34,123 nt of DNA from a virus (taxonomy: Duplodnaviria > Caudoviricetes). A program made the translations under genes and the position numbers. A model generated the notes under the pieces. That model made no database searches. It had not been told where the DNA came from and saw only the letters and a list, made by a program, of their open reading frames with translations. This document shows positions 18,984 through 26,077 of the stretch, in pieces. Location: IMG/VR virus record IMGVR_UViG_3300003778_000107, positions 1 to 34,123 of that record. The stretch is one strand, 5' to 3'. Position 1 is the stretch's first letter; the number at the start of each line of letters is the position of its first letter.

Positions 18984-19397
18984 TCAAGCACCCCCAGGAA
19001 GAAGCCGGCCCCCGTCGTCCTCAACCTGCAGCAGGGGGACTGCAGGGGTGACGGGGGCCGACCGGGGGGCAAGAAGGGGGTTACGGGCAGGGGTGACGCC
19101 GATGTGCAGCCAGTCGTCGCAGTCGGCCGCATGGGAGACCAATTCACCGGGGAGCCACACGCGTACCTCGAACCGGCCCAGGCGGAAGCATCGGAGGGCT
19201 TGGAGTGAGAAAAAGTAGGTCCAGACGCCGATCGTTCCCGAAATCGGGCGGACAGACGCGCCACCCAAGATCAGGTCCGTGCCGGCTGGTGCCGTCACGT
19301 CCACGCAGACCCGCGCGCCCTCACGGCGGCGGATCACGATCCGGGTGTTGTCGCCGAGGCGCAGCGTGCGCCCGACCTGGCATGTCTCGACCTGCAT
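18984..19397 (-). CDS. Divergent CsrA-like protein, first gene of the operon
   Basis: MQVETCQVGRTLRLGDNTRIVIRRREGARVCVDVTAP matches CsrA (G..I.IGD.I.V.V....G.QV.I.I.AP); weak second repeat FRLGRFEVRV...LHIGV; RBS GGGAG. Confidence 0.7.
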   Translation of the reverse strand: MQVETCQVGRTLRLGDNTRIVIRRREGARVCVDVTAPAGTDLILGGASVRPISGTIGVWTYFFSLQALRCFRLGRFEVRVWLPGELVSHAADCDDWLHIGVTPARNPLLAPRSAPVTPAVPLLQVEDDGGRLLPGGA

Positions 19398-19458
19398 CCT
19401 GCGTCTCCCTGAGTCGCCGCACGGGGCCAAAGGTGGCGCCGCGTGCCGGTTTAGGGAA

Positions 19459-19487
19459 TTTATATTGCATTGCCACGCATAATGCAA
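19459..19487 (-). promoter_or_regulatory. Sigma70-type promoter of the csrA-like operon with an overlapping palindromic operator
   Basis: Minus strand TTGCAT-17 nt-TATAAA. Inverted repeat TTGCATT-N9-AATGCAA (19465-19487) covers the -35 box and spacer. Confidence 0.7.
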
Positions 19488-19528
19488 CGCTTCGATTGTA
19501 GTCTGTTGCCGACGCCAGCCGGAGAGGT

Positions 19529-20212
19529 ATGATTAGCCGCATGAACGCATACACCGCCAACTTCGTCGCCGCGATGGACACCACCGGCACCCGAAACCGG
19601 ACCTTGGTCGCCGCGCTCAATAACCGGGTGTCGTCGAGCGATGTATCCAGTTGGCGCATGGGCCGGCGACCAATCCCGGCGGAACACGCACCTGTCGTCG
19701 CGAACCTCCTCGGCATTCCGCCCGAGCGCATCAGCGAGGCCTACGAGCGTCTGTTGCTCGCCGGACTCCCGGTCCACGCAGCGGCAGATTCGCAGACACA
19801 TGGCCTGATTTCAGGCCATTTGACGATTCATCGCCTCGAAGGATTCGGGCACATTAGCGGGCCACCGCGCATCGTCATCCCGGAACTGGTCGCTCGCCCG
19901 CGCATCGGGATGACTTCGTTCAATGCGCTGCGCTGGACGCTGCAGCCGTCCATTGCGATGGAGCCGGAGATCCGCCAGGGCGTCCTGGTGTTCATCGACA
20001 CCAGCGTCAACCGTCACGACCAAGTCGTTGATCGCGGCATCTATGCCTACATCTTGTGGGGGCGGCCAGACATCCGGCGGATACAGGTGCGCCGCGATTC
20101 ATGGGCTCTATCGTGCGCCGGCAAGGAGGCTGAAGCCACAGTGATTTCCGAGGCGGAACTGGACCAGGTGTGCCTGCTCGGTGCCGTGGTCGGCTGGATC
20201 AATCCCCCATAG
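19529..20212 (+). CDS. CI/LexA-like repressor: XRE/Cro-type HTH + S24-like domain lacking catalytic residues
   Basis: HTH VSSSDVSSWRMGRRPIPAEHAPVVANLLGIPPERIS; S24-like AMEPEIRQG.LVFID....DRGIYA.......IRRIQ; RBS GGAGAGG. Confidence 0.8.
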   Translation: MISRMNAYTANFVAAMDTTGTRNRTLVAALNNRVSSSDVSSWRMGRRPIPAEHAPVVANLLGIPPERISEAYERLLLAGLPVHAAADSQTHGLISGHLTIHRLEGFGHISGPPRIVIPELVARPRIGMTSFNALRWTLQPSIAMEPEIRQGVLVFIDTSVNRHDQVVDRGIYAYILWGRPDIRRIQVRRDSWALSCAGKEAEATVISEAELDQVCLLGAVVGWINPP

Positions 20213-20294
20213 GATCCCTAGAATGCGACGACAGAGACGGCAGATGCTGCACTGGACAAGTCGGCGCGGATGACGATGACCAACAAGGACGAGG

Positions 20295-21830
20295 ATGGGA
20301 ATGGAACTTGGTAAGTGGGAGGGACCAGTAAGAGGCGCGATGCTTGGTGTCATCTTCTGTCTGGCGTACCTTGCCGGCTGGTTCAATTCACTGGATCAAT
20401 GGTATCTACCTGCGGGCGTTAGGGTCGCATTCTTCCTACTCCTACCTTACCGCTACTGGCCATATCTGCTAATTGGGGATTGCAGCGCAATGCTGATGCT
20501 GCGCATCCCTCGCATTCCTGCAAATAGCGCAGTATGGGTTTACTCAAGCTCATTTCTGATGCCATTGCTCTCCTGTCTTGTGGTCGCAGGCATACGCGAA
20601 AAATTGCCATCACTTCGCGAGCAGGTGAAGTGGCTACCACTCATCGCTGGGTCATCCGCCGCTTGGGGTGCGGCCTGCACCTCCGCAGTCAACAACACAT
20701 TTGGCGGACCACCCGACGGCCTGACCATAGAGTTCTTCTATGTCCGGTTCGTCGGCCACTTCCTCGCCATCGTTGCGATTACTTCGCTAGGAATGCTCTG
20801 GCTTGGCCGACGCGAAATAATTGAAAGACCACCGCATTTCCTAAGGGACACATTGATTTTCGGCGCCGTCCTCGGTCTGATTTTCTGCTTGATCGTCTTT
20901 CCGAAAGAGATTAGCGAATATCTCCGAATCGGACTCATGCAGACCATGCTGTTCCCGATTGCTATTTTGACATTGCGGCATGGATGGCGGGGTGCAGCCA
21001 TCGGCACGGCTACAACCTGCTTTGCGCTCGCGCGAACACTGTACTATCTCAACACGGAAGGTGCCCACGATGCTCCGCTTTTCGTCGTGCAGCACTCGCT
21101 TGTTATGGCGTCGATCGGGCTGCTTGCACTTGGACACGCGATTTCATATCACTTCGCCAATGCGCGCGCACTCGGCATCGCGGGAGAGGAGGCGCTACAG
21201 GCGTCGCGCAAAAGTTTTCTTGTGTCAGAACCGATGCTGCGCGAAAAAGCACTCAAGATGAAGCAGATGCATATCCGGATAGACACGGAGCGCAAGCGGG
21301 TCGCGGATTACCTGAAATCCATCGGTGACTATGAAGGGGCTTTGAGACTCAACAACGAGGCCGTCGAGCACAATGCACGTTTGGGCGCCTATATCACTGA
21401 CATCTATCCACTCAGAATTGAAGAGCACGGTCTGAATGCTGTACTCAATTCAGAGGAATTCAGTGACGCGCGCGGCAATGGCGCCCACATTCTTCCCTTG
21501 CTTGGCTCCAACCCCGTATATCTTTCAGTCGACCTGCAGCTTGTAGCGTATCGCTGCGCGGGTCTTGCCATCGATGTATTGTCCGAACTCGAACCCCGCG
21601 CCTATGTCGTCAAGACGCGCGTTCGCAAAGGGATCCGTCGCCGGGGAATCGTGTTGATCATCACGGCGCGAGATCCGAGTCAGCCACAGAGCACGGCAAA
21701 AAGCGCAAAGGCGGCTATCGAGTTGTCAGCAAGGGTCAAAGCGCATGGCGGCATCGTTAAACGCCGCCATGCGCATCAAATCAGCATGTGGCTTGCTGAG
21801 TCGAACGATTTGCCAACAGCCGATCAGTAG
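20295..21830 (+). CDS. MASE1-domain membrane protein with degenerate UhpB-like HisKA_3/HATPase C-terminus
   Basis: WYLPAGVRVAFFLLLPYRYWPYLLIGD and LFPI..LTLRHGWRGA are MASE1 motifs; multiple TM segments; C-terminus has ERKRVA, YPL.IE.HGL and AYR remnants. Confidence 0.85.
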   Translation: MGMELGKWEGPVRGAMLGVIFCLAYLAGWFNSLDQWYLPAGVRVAFFLLLPYRYWPYLLIGDCSAMLMLRIPRIPANSAVWVYSSSFLMPLLSCLVVAGIREKLPSLREQVKWLPLIAGSSAAWGAACTSAVNNTFGGPPDGLTIEFFYVRFVGHFLAIVAITSLGMLWLGRREIIERPPHFLRDTLIFGAVLGLIFCLIVFPKEISEYLRIGLMQTMLFPIAILTLRHGWRGAAIGTATTCFALARTLYYLNTEGAHDAPLFVVQHSLVMASIGLLALGHAISYHFANARALGIAGEEALQASRKSFLVSEPMLREKALKMKQMHIRIDTERKRVADYLKSIGDYEGALRLNNEAVEHNARLGAYITDIYPLRIEEHGLNAVLNSEEFSDARGNGAHILPLLGSNPVYLSVDLQLVAYRCAGLAIDVLSELEPRAYVVKTRVRKGIRRRGIVLIITARDPSQPQSTAKSAKAAIELSARVKAHGGIVKRRHAHQISMWLAESNDLPTADQ

Positions 21831-22270
21831 GCCGTTTCAGGCAGGCGCACTTCCCAGTAGTCACCAGCGGCGGTACGGTGCAAGACGACCTCGACTTCAC
21901 TCGTCCGGTAAAGCACCTTCCGTTGACTCGACATTGCTGGCAGCGCATCGACAGAGACACGATCCGCGTCTCCACCGATCGGCATCACCCAGAACACGCC
22001 ATCAACTCGCCCAACGGCAGCACGGACCCTCCCATTGCTGTCATTGATCTGCGTGTATCGAATCCCGCCGCGCTCGAACTCATAGACTTGCCACTCGGGA
22101 TCGACTGCGAGATCGGTTGCCGAGGGCACAGATTCCCCGAGCCCACTCTTGGCTTTTGGTGCGCCACCGCCACCCGGACAGCATTGAGCAAAAACTTGCG
22201 AACTCATCATCAGCGCCGTGGCAAACAGGGCAACCGTCAGAATCGGGGAATTGAAAATGCGCTTCTGCAT
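21824..22270 (-). CDS. Small secreted protein with N-terminal QCCPGGGG motif
   Basis: RBS AAGGAG; Sec signal peptide ending VFA; GLGES.P...D....P.WQVY.FERGGIRY.QIND..G.VRAA..IGGDA resembles a Xanthomonadales hypothetical family; convergent with the MASE1 gene, overlapping by 7 nt. Confidence 0.8.
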   Translation of the reverse strand: MQKRIFNSPILTVALFATALMMSSQVFAQCCPGGGGAPKAKSGLGESVPSATDLAVDPEWQVYEFERGGIRYTQINDSNGRVRAAVGRVDGVFWVMPIGGDADRVSVDALPAMSSQRKVLYRTSEVEVVLHRTAAGDYWEVRLPETAY

Positions 22271-22445
22271 GGAAAATCTCCTTGAACAATGGACATGGAA
22301 TTCGATTGGCAGCGCCACGCGGGCAGCGCCACTACCAGATGCCTGTATTCGATGAAATACGTAGGCATTTCGACGGTATCACCGCAGTTCGACCCCTAAT
22401 CAGTGCCTGTCCATCCGAGCATCAGCATGTGATCGCCGCCTCAAA

Positions 22446-22483
22446 CAAAAAACGCCCCGACACGGAGCTCTGTGCCGGGGCGT
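22446..22483 (-). terminator. Terminator-like hairpin (copy 1 of a direct repeat)
   Basis: ACGCCCCGACACGG...CTGTGCCGGGGCGT stem followed by a T-run on the minus strand. Confidence 0.65.
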
Positions 22484-22586
22484 ATGGCAAATCTGAGTTG
22501 TCGCCGACACCTATGTGCCGGTGGAGACGAGATCAAGCGCCGGGCGACTCGCCTGCATTCGCAAACCGGAGCCAGTGATCATCGCT

Positions 22587-23165
22587 ATGAATGAAATCAT
22601 GCCAGCCACAATCGCCAGGGTCATTGCCATCAGCGGCGTCATTCTCGCCGGTGTACTCATCGTCATCGCCCATCGCCGACGTCCCGAGCTTCGGGCATCC
22701 GAAATCGCCCTATCGGTCTATTTCACCGCGCCGACGCGGGCGATCATGGTGTCGGCGTATGCCGCGATCATGGCTGCGCTTTTGTCCACGGCCTTCGTAC
22801 TCGCGATCGACATGCAGGCTACCCCCTTCGTGTCGGCTATGGCCTGCTGCGCCGGGGCCGTGCTGCTGGCCCCTGTCGTGGCGACCACACAGCGCGACGC
22901 AGCGATCATGCGCAGCGAAGCGGTCAGGCGCATCCACCGCCACGCAGCGGCAGCGGCATTCGTGGCTGTCGGCGTGGCGATGGTGGCGTCTGCATGCGCG
23001 GCCATCACAGAAGCGGATGCTCCCGTTGCCACCCTTGGCGTTCTTGGCGCCGTGCTTGTGGCCCGAGTGCTACGGAGCAAGCCCGGTGCCGGGTACGGCC
23101 TGCGGCAAAAGCTCATGCTCGCCACGCTAGGCCTGTGGATCGTGTCGATTGCAATGACCGGATAG
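22587..23165 (+). CDS. Integral membrane protein, DUF998-like
   Basis: Five to six hydrophobic segments; ALSVY near the N-terminus, IHRHAAAAAF, GLRQK; start uncertain (22515/22575/22587). Confidence 0.6.
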   Translation: MNEIMPATIARVIAISGVILAGVLIVIAHRRRPELRASEIALSVYFTAPTRAIMVSAYAAIMAALLSTAFVLAIDMQATPFVSAMACCAGAVLLAPVVATTQRDAAIMRSEAVRRIHRHAAAAAFVAVGVAMVASACAAITEADAPVATLGVLGAVLVARVLRSKPGAGYGLRQKLMLATLGLWIVSIAMTG

Positions 23166-23171
23166 AAAGCA

Positions 23172-23205
23172 CGAAAAGCCCCGGCACAGCGAACTGTGCC
23201 GGGGC
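23172..23205 (-). terminator. Rho-independent terminator ending the small-gene array (copy 2 of the direct repeat)
   Basis: Perfect 12-bp stem GCCCCGGCACAG / CTGTGCCGGGGC with 4-nt loop, followed by TTTT on the minus strand. Confidence 0.8.
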
Positions 23206-23255
23206 GTATGCTGTGTCCGAGTTGTCACCGGCCTCCGAGCCGGCCGGCAGGGGCG

Positions 23256-23459
23256 CTAGATGCCCAGCGCTTCGCCCGCTTTCGCAAATCCAATCCAGCG
23301 GCCGTCGCCGTTGAGGCCACGATTCATCAGTTCTTCCCGGGCCAACTTCACGATGTCGACATCGCCGTGATGGATCGCCACCAGGAAGCGCGTGTCGAAG
23401 GTTTGAACGACATCGGCAAGGTCGTTGTCGAGCCCCTGCGAGACGGCGGCGCGGCTCAT
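23256..23459 (-). CDS. Small hypothetical protein (array family B)
   Basis: 67 aa, GDVDIVKLAREELMNRGLN.DG.WIGF; ATGA coupling to the upstream gene. Confidence 0.75.
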   Translation of the reverse strand: MSRAAVSQGLDNDLADVVQTFDTRFLVAIHHGDVDIVKLAREELMNRGLNGDGRWIGFAKAGEALGI

Positions 23460-23749
23460 GCCTTCACCTCGCGCGCGGCAGCGACCAGCAGTGCGGCTTG
23501 GGCGTCAGCAGCGCTGTCGAGGCGTAGTCGCGGAAACAAGTCGCTGATGAGATGGAACATCACATGATTGAGGCGGGCGGCTTGGTCTTCGAGGTCGCTC
23601 ATAGCATCGAAGCGACGCTCTTGGTCGTCGATGTGTTGCAGTGCCTGCGTCAGCGCGAGGCGCATGATGCGGAAACTGTCTTTGCCGCGCGCGCGAGCGA
23701 ATGCGATTTCGTCGACGCGTGGGCCGGCGGGTGTCTGGGTGTCTTTCAT
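23456..23749 (-). CDS. Small helical hypothetical protein (array family A)
   Basis: Follows promoter copy 23801; CAGGA RBS; paralogous to 24174-24455. Confidence 0.7.
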   Translation of the reverse strand: MKDTQTPAGPRVDEIAFARARGKDSFRIMRLALTQALQHIDDQERRFDAMSDLEDQAARLNHVMFHLISDLFPRLRLDSAADAQAALLVAAAREVKA

Positions 23750-23800
23750 ATCGGAAATTCCTGTGAGTGGATTGCGCGCTGCGATGCGCATCGCGTGACC

Positions 23801-23834
23801 GCATGAACGCGCTGTTCCGCTACGAAGCCAAGCG
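23801..23834 (-). promoter_or_regulatory. Repeated promoter/operator element, copy 1
   Basis: Minus strand CGCTTGGCTTCGTAGCGGAACAGCGCGTTCATGC. Confidence 0.75.
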
Positions 23835-23994
23835 CAATGCGCGAAGATTCAACGGCAGACAGGTTCAGTACGGCATCGGCGCGCGGTGCGTGTGCGCCTG
23901 TGGCGCACACAGCCAAATGCAACGCGGGCCGGTCGGCGACGTGCCGGTACCGCCTACGGCGCGACGGCGCGCACCGTAGGCGGCCTTGCGAGGG

Positions 23995-24177
23995 TCAGCG
24001 GGCGTCGTCGCTCTCGCCCGCCCCGTCGCCGTGCCATCGCCGGGCGAGGTCGCTGCCGACAGCGGCGAGCAGGTCGTCGTCGGCGCGTTGCATCGCCAAC
24101 GGCAGCCGCGCGTCGAGCGCGCGGATCGCTTCGAGGGGATCGCGCGCATTGTCCGGTGCGGTGCGGATCTCCCTCAT
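23995..24177 (-). CDS. Small hypothetical protein (array family B, degenerate)
   Basis: ATGA coupling to 24174-24455; LDARLPLAMQRADDDLLAAVGSDLARR aligns with FDTRFLVAIHHGDVDIVKLAREELMNR. Confidence 0.55.
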   Translation of the reverse strand: MREIRTAPDNARDPLEAIRALDARLPLAMQRADDDLLAAVGSDLARRWHGDGAGESDDAR

Positions 24178-24455
24178 GGCGCGTCCGTCCTCAAGGCGAT
24201 GGCGTGTAGCTCGGCCTGCGCGTCCGCCGCCAACCCGATCCGGGCGTTGACGATCGCCCATGTACAGACCGTGGACAGGGCGTGGTTCATGACACGCGGC
24301 TTCTCGTGCAGCGGAGCCGCCTGATAGCGCGCTTGGCAGCGTTCGATCTCACGCATGGCGTGTTCCAGCGCCTGCCGGATATTGATCAACGCGTCTTCGC
24401 CTTGCGTGATGGCACGGCGCGTGTTGAAGGCGTGTTCGTCGAATTCCATGTTCAT
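24174..24455 (-). CDS. Small helical hypothetical protein (array family A)
   Basis: Follows promoter copy 24486; AAGGA RBS; shares G.D....R.AL..A...I, NH and R...AADAQA.L with 23456-23749. Confidence 0.7.
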   Translation of the reverse strand: MNMEFDEHAFNTRRAITQGEDALINIRQALEHAMREIERCQARYQAAPLHEKPRVMNHALSTVCTWAIVNARIGLAADAQAELHAIALRTDAP

Positions 24456-24485
24456 TGGAAAGGTCCTTGCGTGTGGGTGTGCGTC

Positions 24486-24518
24486 GATGAACGCGCTGTT
24501 CGCGGGAGAAGCCAAGCG
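24486..24518 (-). promoter_or_regulatory. Repeated promoter/operator element, copy 2
   Basis: Minus strand CGCTTGGCTTCTCCCGCGAACAGCGCGTTCATC. Confidence 0.75.
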
Positions 24519-24585
24519 GGTGATCGACAACATCGGAACATCGACAGGTGATGTACAGGCGGCTGCGCCGACATAGAAAAGATGC

Positions 24586-24954
24586 TCAGTCGCCCTGCTG
24601 GTCCAGCGGCGGCGCGAAGGCGACGAGCGGGTCGCTGCCGGTGCCGGCGCGACGGGCGATTTCAGCGATGATCACGTCGCGCAGATCCGCATCGCCGCGA
24701 TGCAGGGCGAGCAGAAAATCGGTGCGCAGTTCGGCGACGAGGTCCTTCACCGGCCAGTCGGTGATGGTGGCGAGACGCTCGCCGTCCTCGAAGCCCATCC
24801 TGTAGACCTCCGCCAGCCCGTCGAGCAGGCGTTGGACATGGGCGATCTGGTCGATATCGCCGGACACCGCCACGGCGTCGATGTCGATGCCGAGGCGTGC
24901 CTGCGCGATAAAGCGGCAGGGATCCTCGTTGTGCTCGAAAGCATGCGGCGTCAT
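24586..24954 (-). CDS. Hypothetical protein with C-terminal family-B domain
   Basis: Starts 5 nt after the upstream stop; DLVAELRTDFLLALHRGDADLRDVIIAEIARR aligns with 23256-23459. Confidence 0.65.
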   Translation of the reverse strand: MTPHAFEHNEDPCRFIAQARLGIDIDAVAVSGDIDQIAHVQRLLDGLAEVYRMGFEDGERLATITDWPVKDLVAELRTDFLLALHRGDADLRDVIIAEIARRAGTGSDPLVAFAPPLDQQGD

Positions 24955-24959
24955 GTCGG

Positions 24960-25280
24960 TCACCACACGATGCTGGTGGGGTTGGCGGCAATGCGTGCGA
25001 GCAATTCCGCGAGCGGTTCGACCTGCGCGCCATCGGCGATGGGCGCGAGGATCGTCGTGCCGGTGTCGATCAGTTCGATGCGGATGACGTCGATGCCGTT
25101 GCTGGCGTAGGCGATGTGCTTGCGTCCGCCGATGTGGCGCACCAGCGCGTGCGGGTTGCGCGCTCGCAGAATCTCGCGGCGCCATGCGTGCCGGCCGCGC
25201 TTGCCGGGGACGCGCACCAGCAGGGAGGCGAGGAAGAACTCCTTGACGCGCTTGGGCTTGCGGGAGGGGTTGAGTTTCAT
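24960..25280 (-). CDS. Basic hypothetical protein
   Basis: MKLNPSRKPKRVKEFF...; directly downstream of promoter copy 25307. Confidence 0.6.
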   Translation of the reverse strand: MKLNPSRKPKRVKEFFLASLLVRVPGKRGRHAWRREILRARNPHALVRHIGGRKHIAYASNGIDVIRIELIDTGTTILAPIADGAQVEPLAELLARIAANPTSIVW

Positions 25281-25306
25281 GCGGGTCGATGTCCGTGTCG
25301 GGGTGG

Positions 25307-25340
25307 GCATGAACGCGCTGTGCGCGAGGGAAGCCAAGCG
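25307..25340 (-). promoter_or_regulatory. Repeated promoter/operator element, copy 3
   Basis: Minus strand CGCTTGGCTTCCCTCGCGCACAGCGCGTTCATGC. Confidence 0.75.
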
Positions 25341-25367
25341 CGTCCTGCTGCGTTATGAGATTCCTGT

Positions 25368-25565
25368 TCAGCCGCCGGAAGCGTTGCGCTTCTTGTCCTT
25401 GCGGCCCTGCTCGATGCCGGCGCGGTAGGCCGCCTCCAGCGCATCCCGCAGTTCCAGCACCGAGACTTCGTGGAAGTCCAGACTGTCGCGATGACGCGAT
25501 TCCAGCGTTTCGATCCGCAGGTGTTGCTGTGCGATGCGGGTCAGTCGTGTGTCGAGGTGATTCAT
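25368..25565 (-). CDS. DUF6900-like small protein
   Basis: IAQQHLRIETLESRHRDSLDFHEVSV..LRDALEAAYRAG matches the DUF6900 pattern. Confidence 0.8.
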   Translation of the reverse strand: MNHLDTRLTRIAQQHLRIETLESRHRDSLDFHEVSVLELRDALEAAYRAGIEQGRKDKKRNASGG

Positions 25566-25594
25566 GTCTCGCGTGTCGATGGTGTGAAGGTGCT

Positions 25595-25628
25595 GCATGA
25601 ACGCGCTGTTCGGGAAAGAAGCCAAGTC
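25595..25628 (-). promoter_or_regulatory. Repeated promoter/operator element, copy 4
   Basis: Minus strand GACTTGGCTTCTTTCCCGAACAGCGCGTTCATGC. Confidence 0.75.
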
Positions 25629-25656
25629 GAATTGGCTTCTTTCTTGGGGATTTCGG

Positions 25657-26040
25657 TTATCCAAGGCGCGCAACGTAGCGGGCGTAGTCGTACCCCGAGG
25701 GATCGACGTAGAGGTAGGGGCGGCTGGGCGCGTGGACCTCGACGCACAGGCAACCGTCAGCGACGTTGCCGCCCTTGCCGGCGAGCCACGGCTGCGGCCG
25801 GGTCATGTCCCTCGTAAAGTCATCGAACTGCGCGATGGTCATTTCGACCGTTTCGGTGATGTAGATGCGGTGCTCGCCGGTGGCACACATCTCGCGCAGG
25901 TTGTCGGGCTTGCACGCGAAGGGCAGACGCACGCCGAGTTGTTCGACGTGCATCGATTTCCCCCGGAATTGAATGATGCGCGGTGTGCGGGGGATGTGGA
26001 GGGTCATGGTGTACGGTGTGGCGAGCGTCATCGTGGGCAT
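25657..26040 (-). CDS. Hypothetical protein, DUF6329-like
   Basis: F..KP, FDDF..D......WL.GKGG and C-terminal VDPSGYDYARYV motif. Confidence 0.7.
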   Translation of the reverse strand: MPTMTLATPYTMTLHIPRTPRIIQFRGKSMHVEQLGVRLPFACKPDNLREMCATGEHRIYITETVEMTIAQFDDFTRDMTRPQPWLAGKGGNVADGCLCVEVHAPSRPYLYVDPSGYDYARYVARLG

Positions 26041-26077
26041 GTGTGTTCTCGGTGTGGGCGTCGGCGATTCGACGACG

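Noticed and set aside
22308..22332. Direct repeat GGCAGCGCCAC x2 upstream of the secreted protein gene
   Set aside because: Short and GC-rich, only two copies; cannot be distinguished from chance.
23801..23834. GAAC-N5-GTTC as a LexA SOS box
   Set aside because: Spacing differs from the Gram-positive GAAC-N4-GTTC box, and it does not match the CTGT-N8-ACAG type; kept only as an unassigned dyad.
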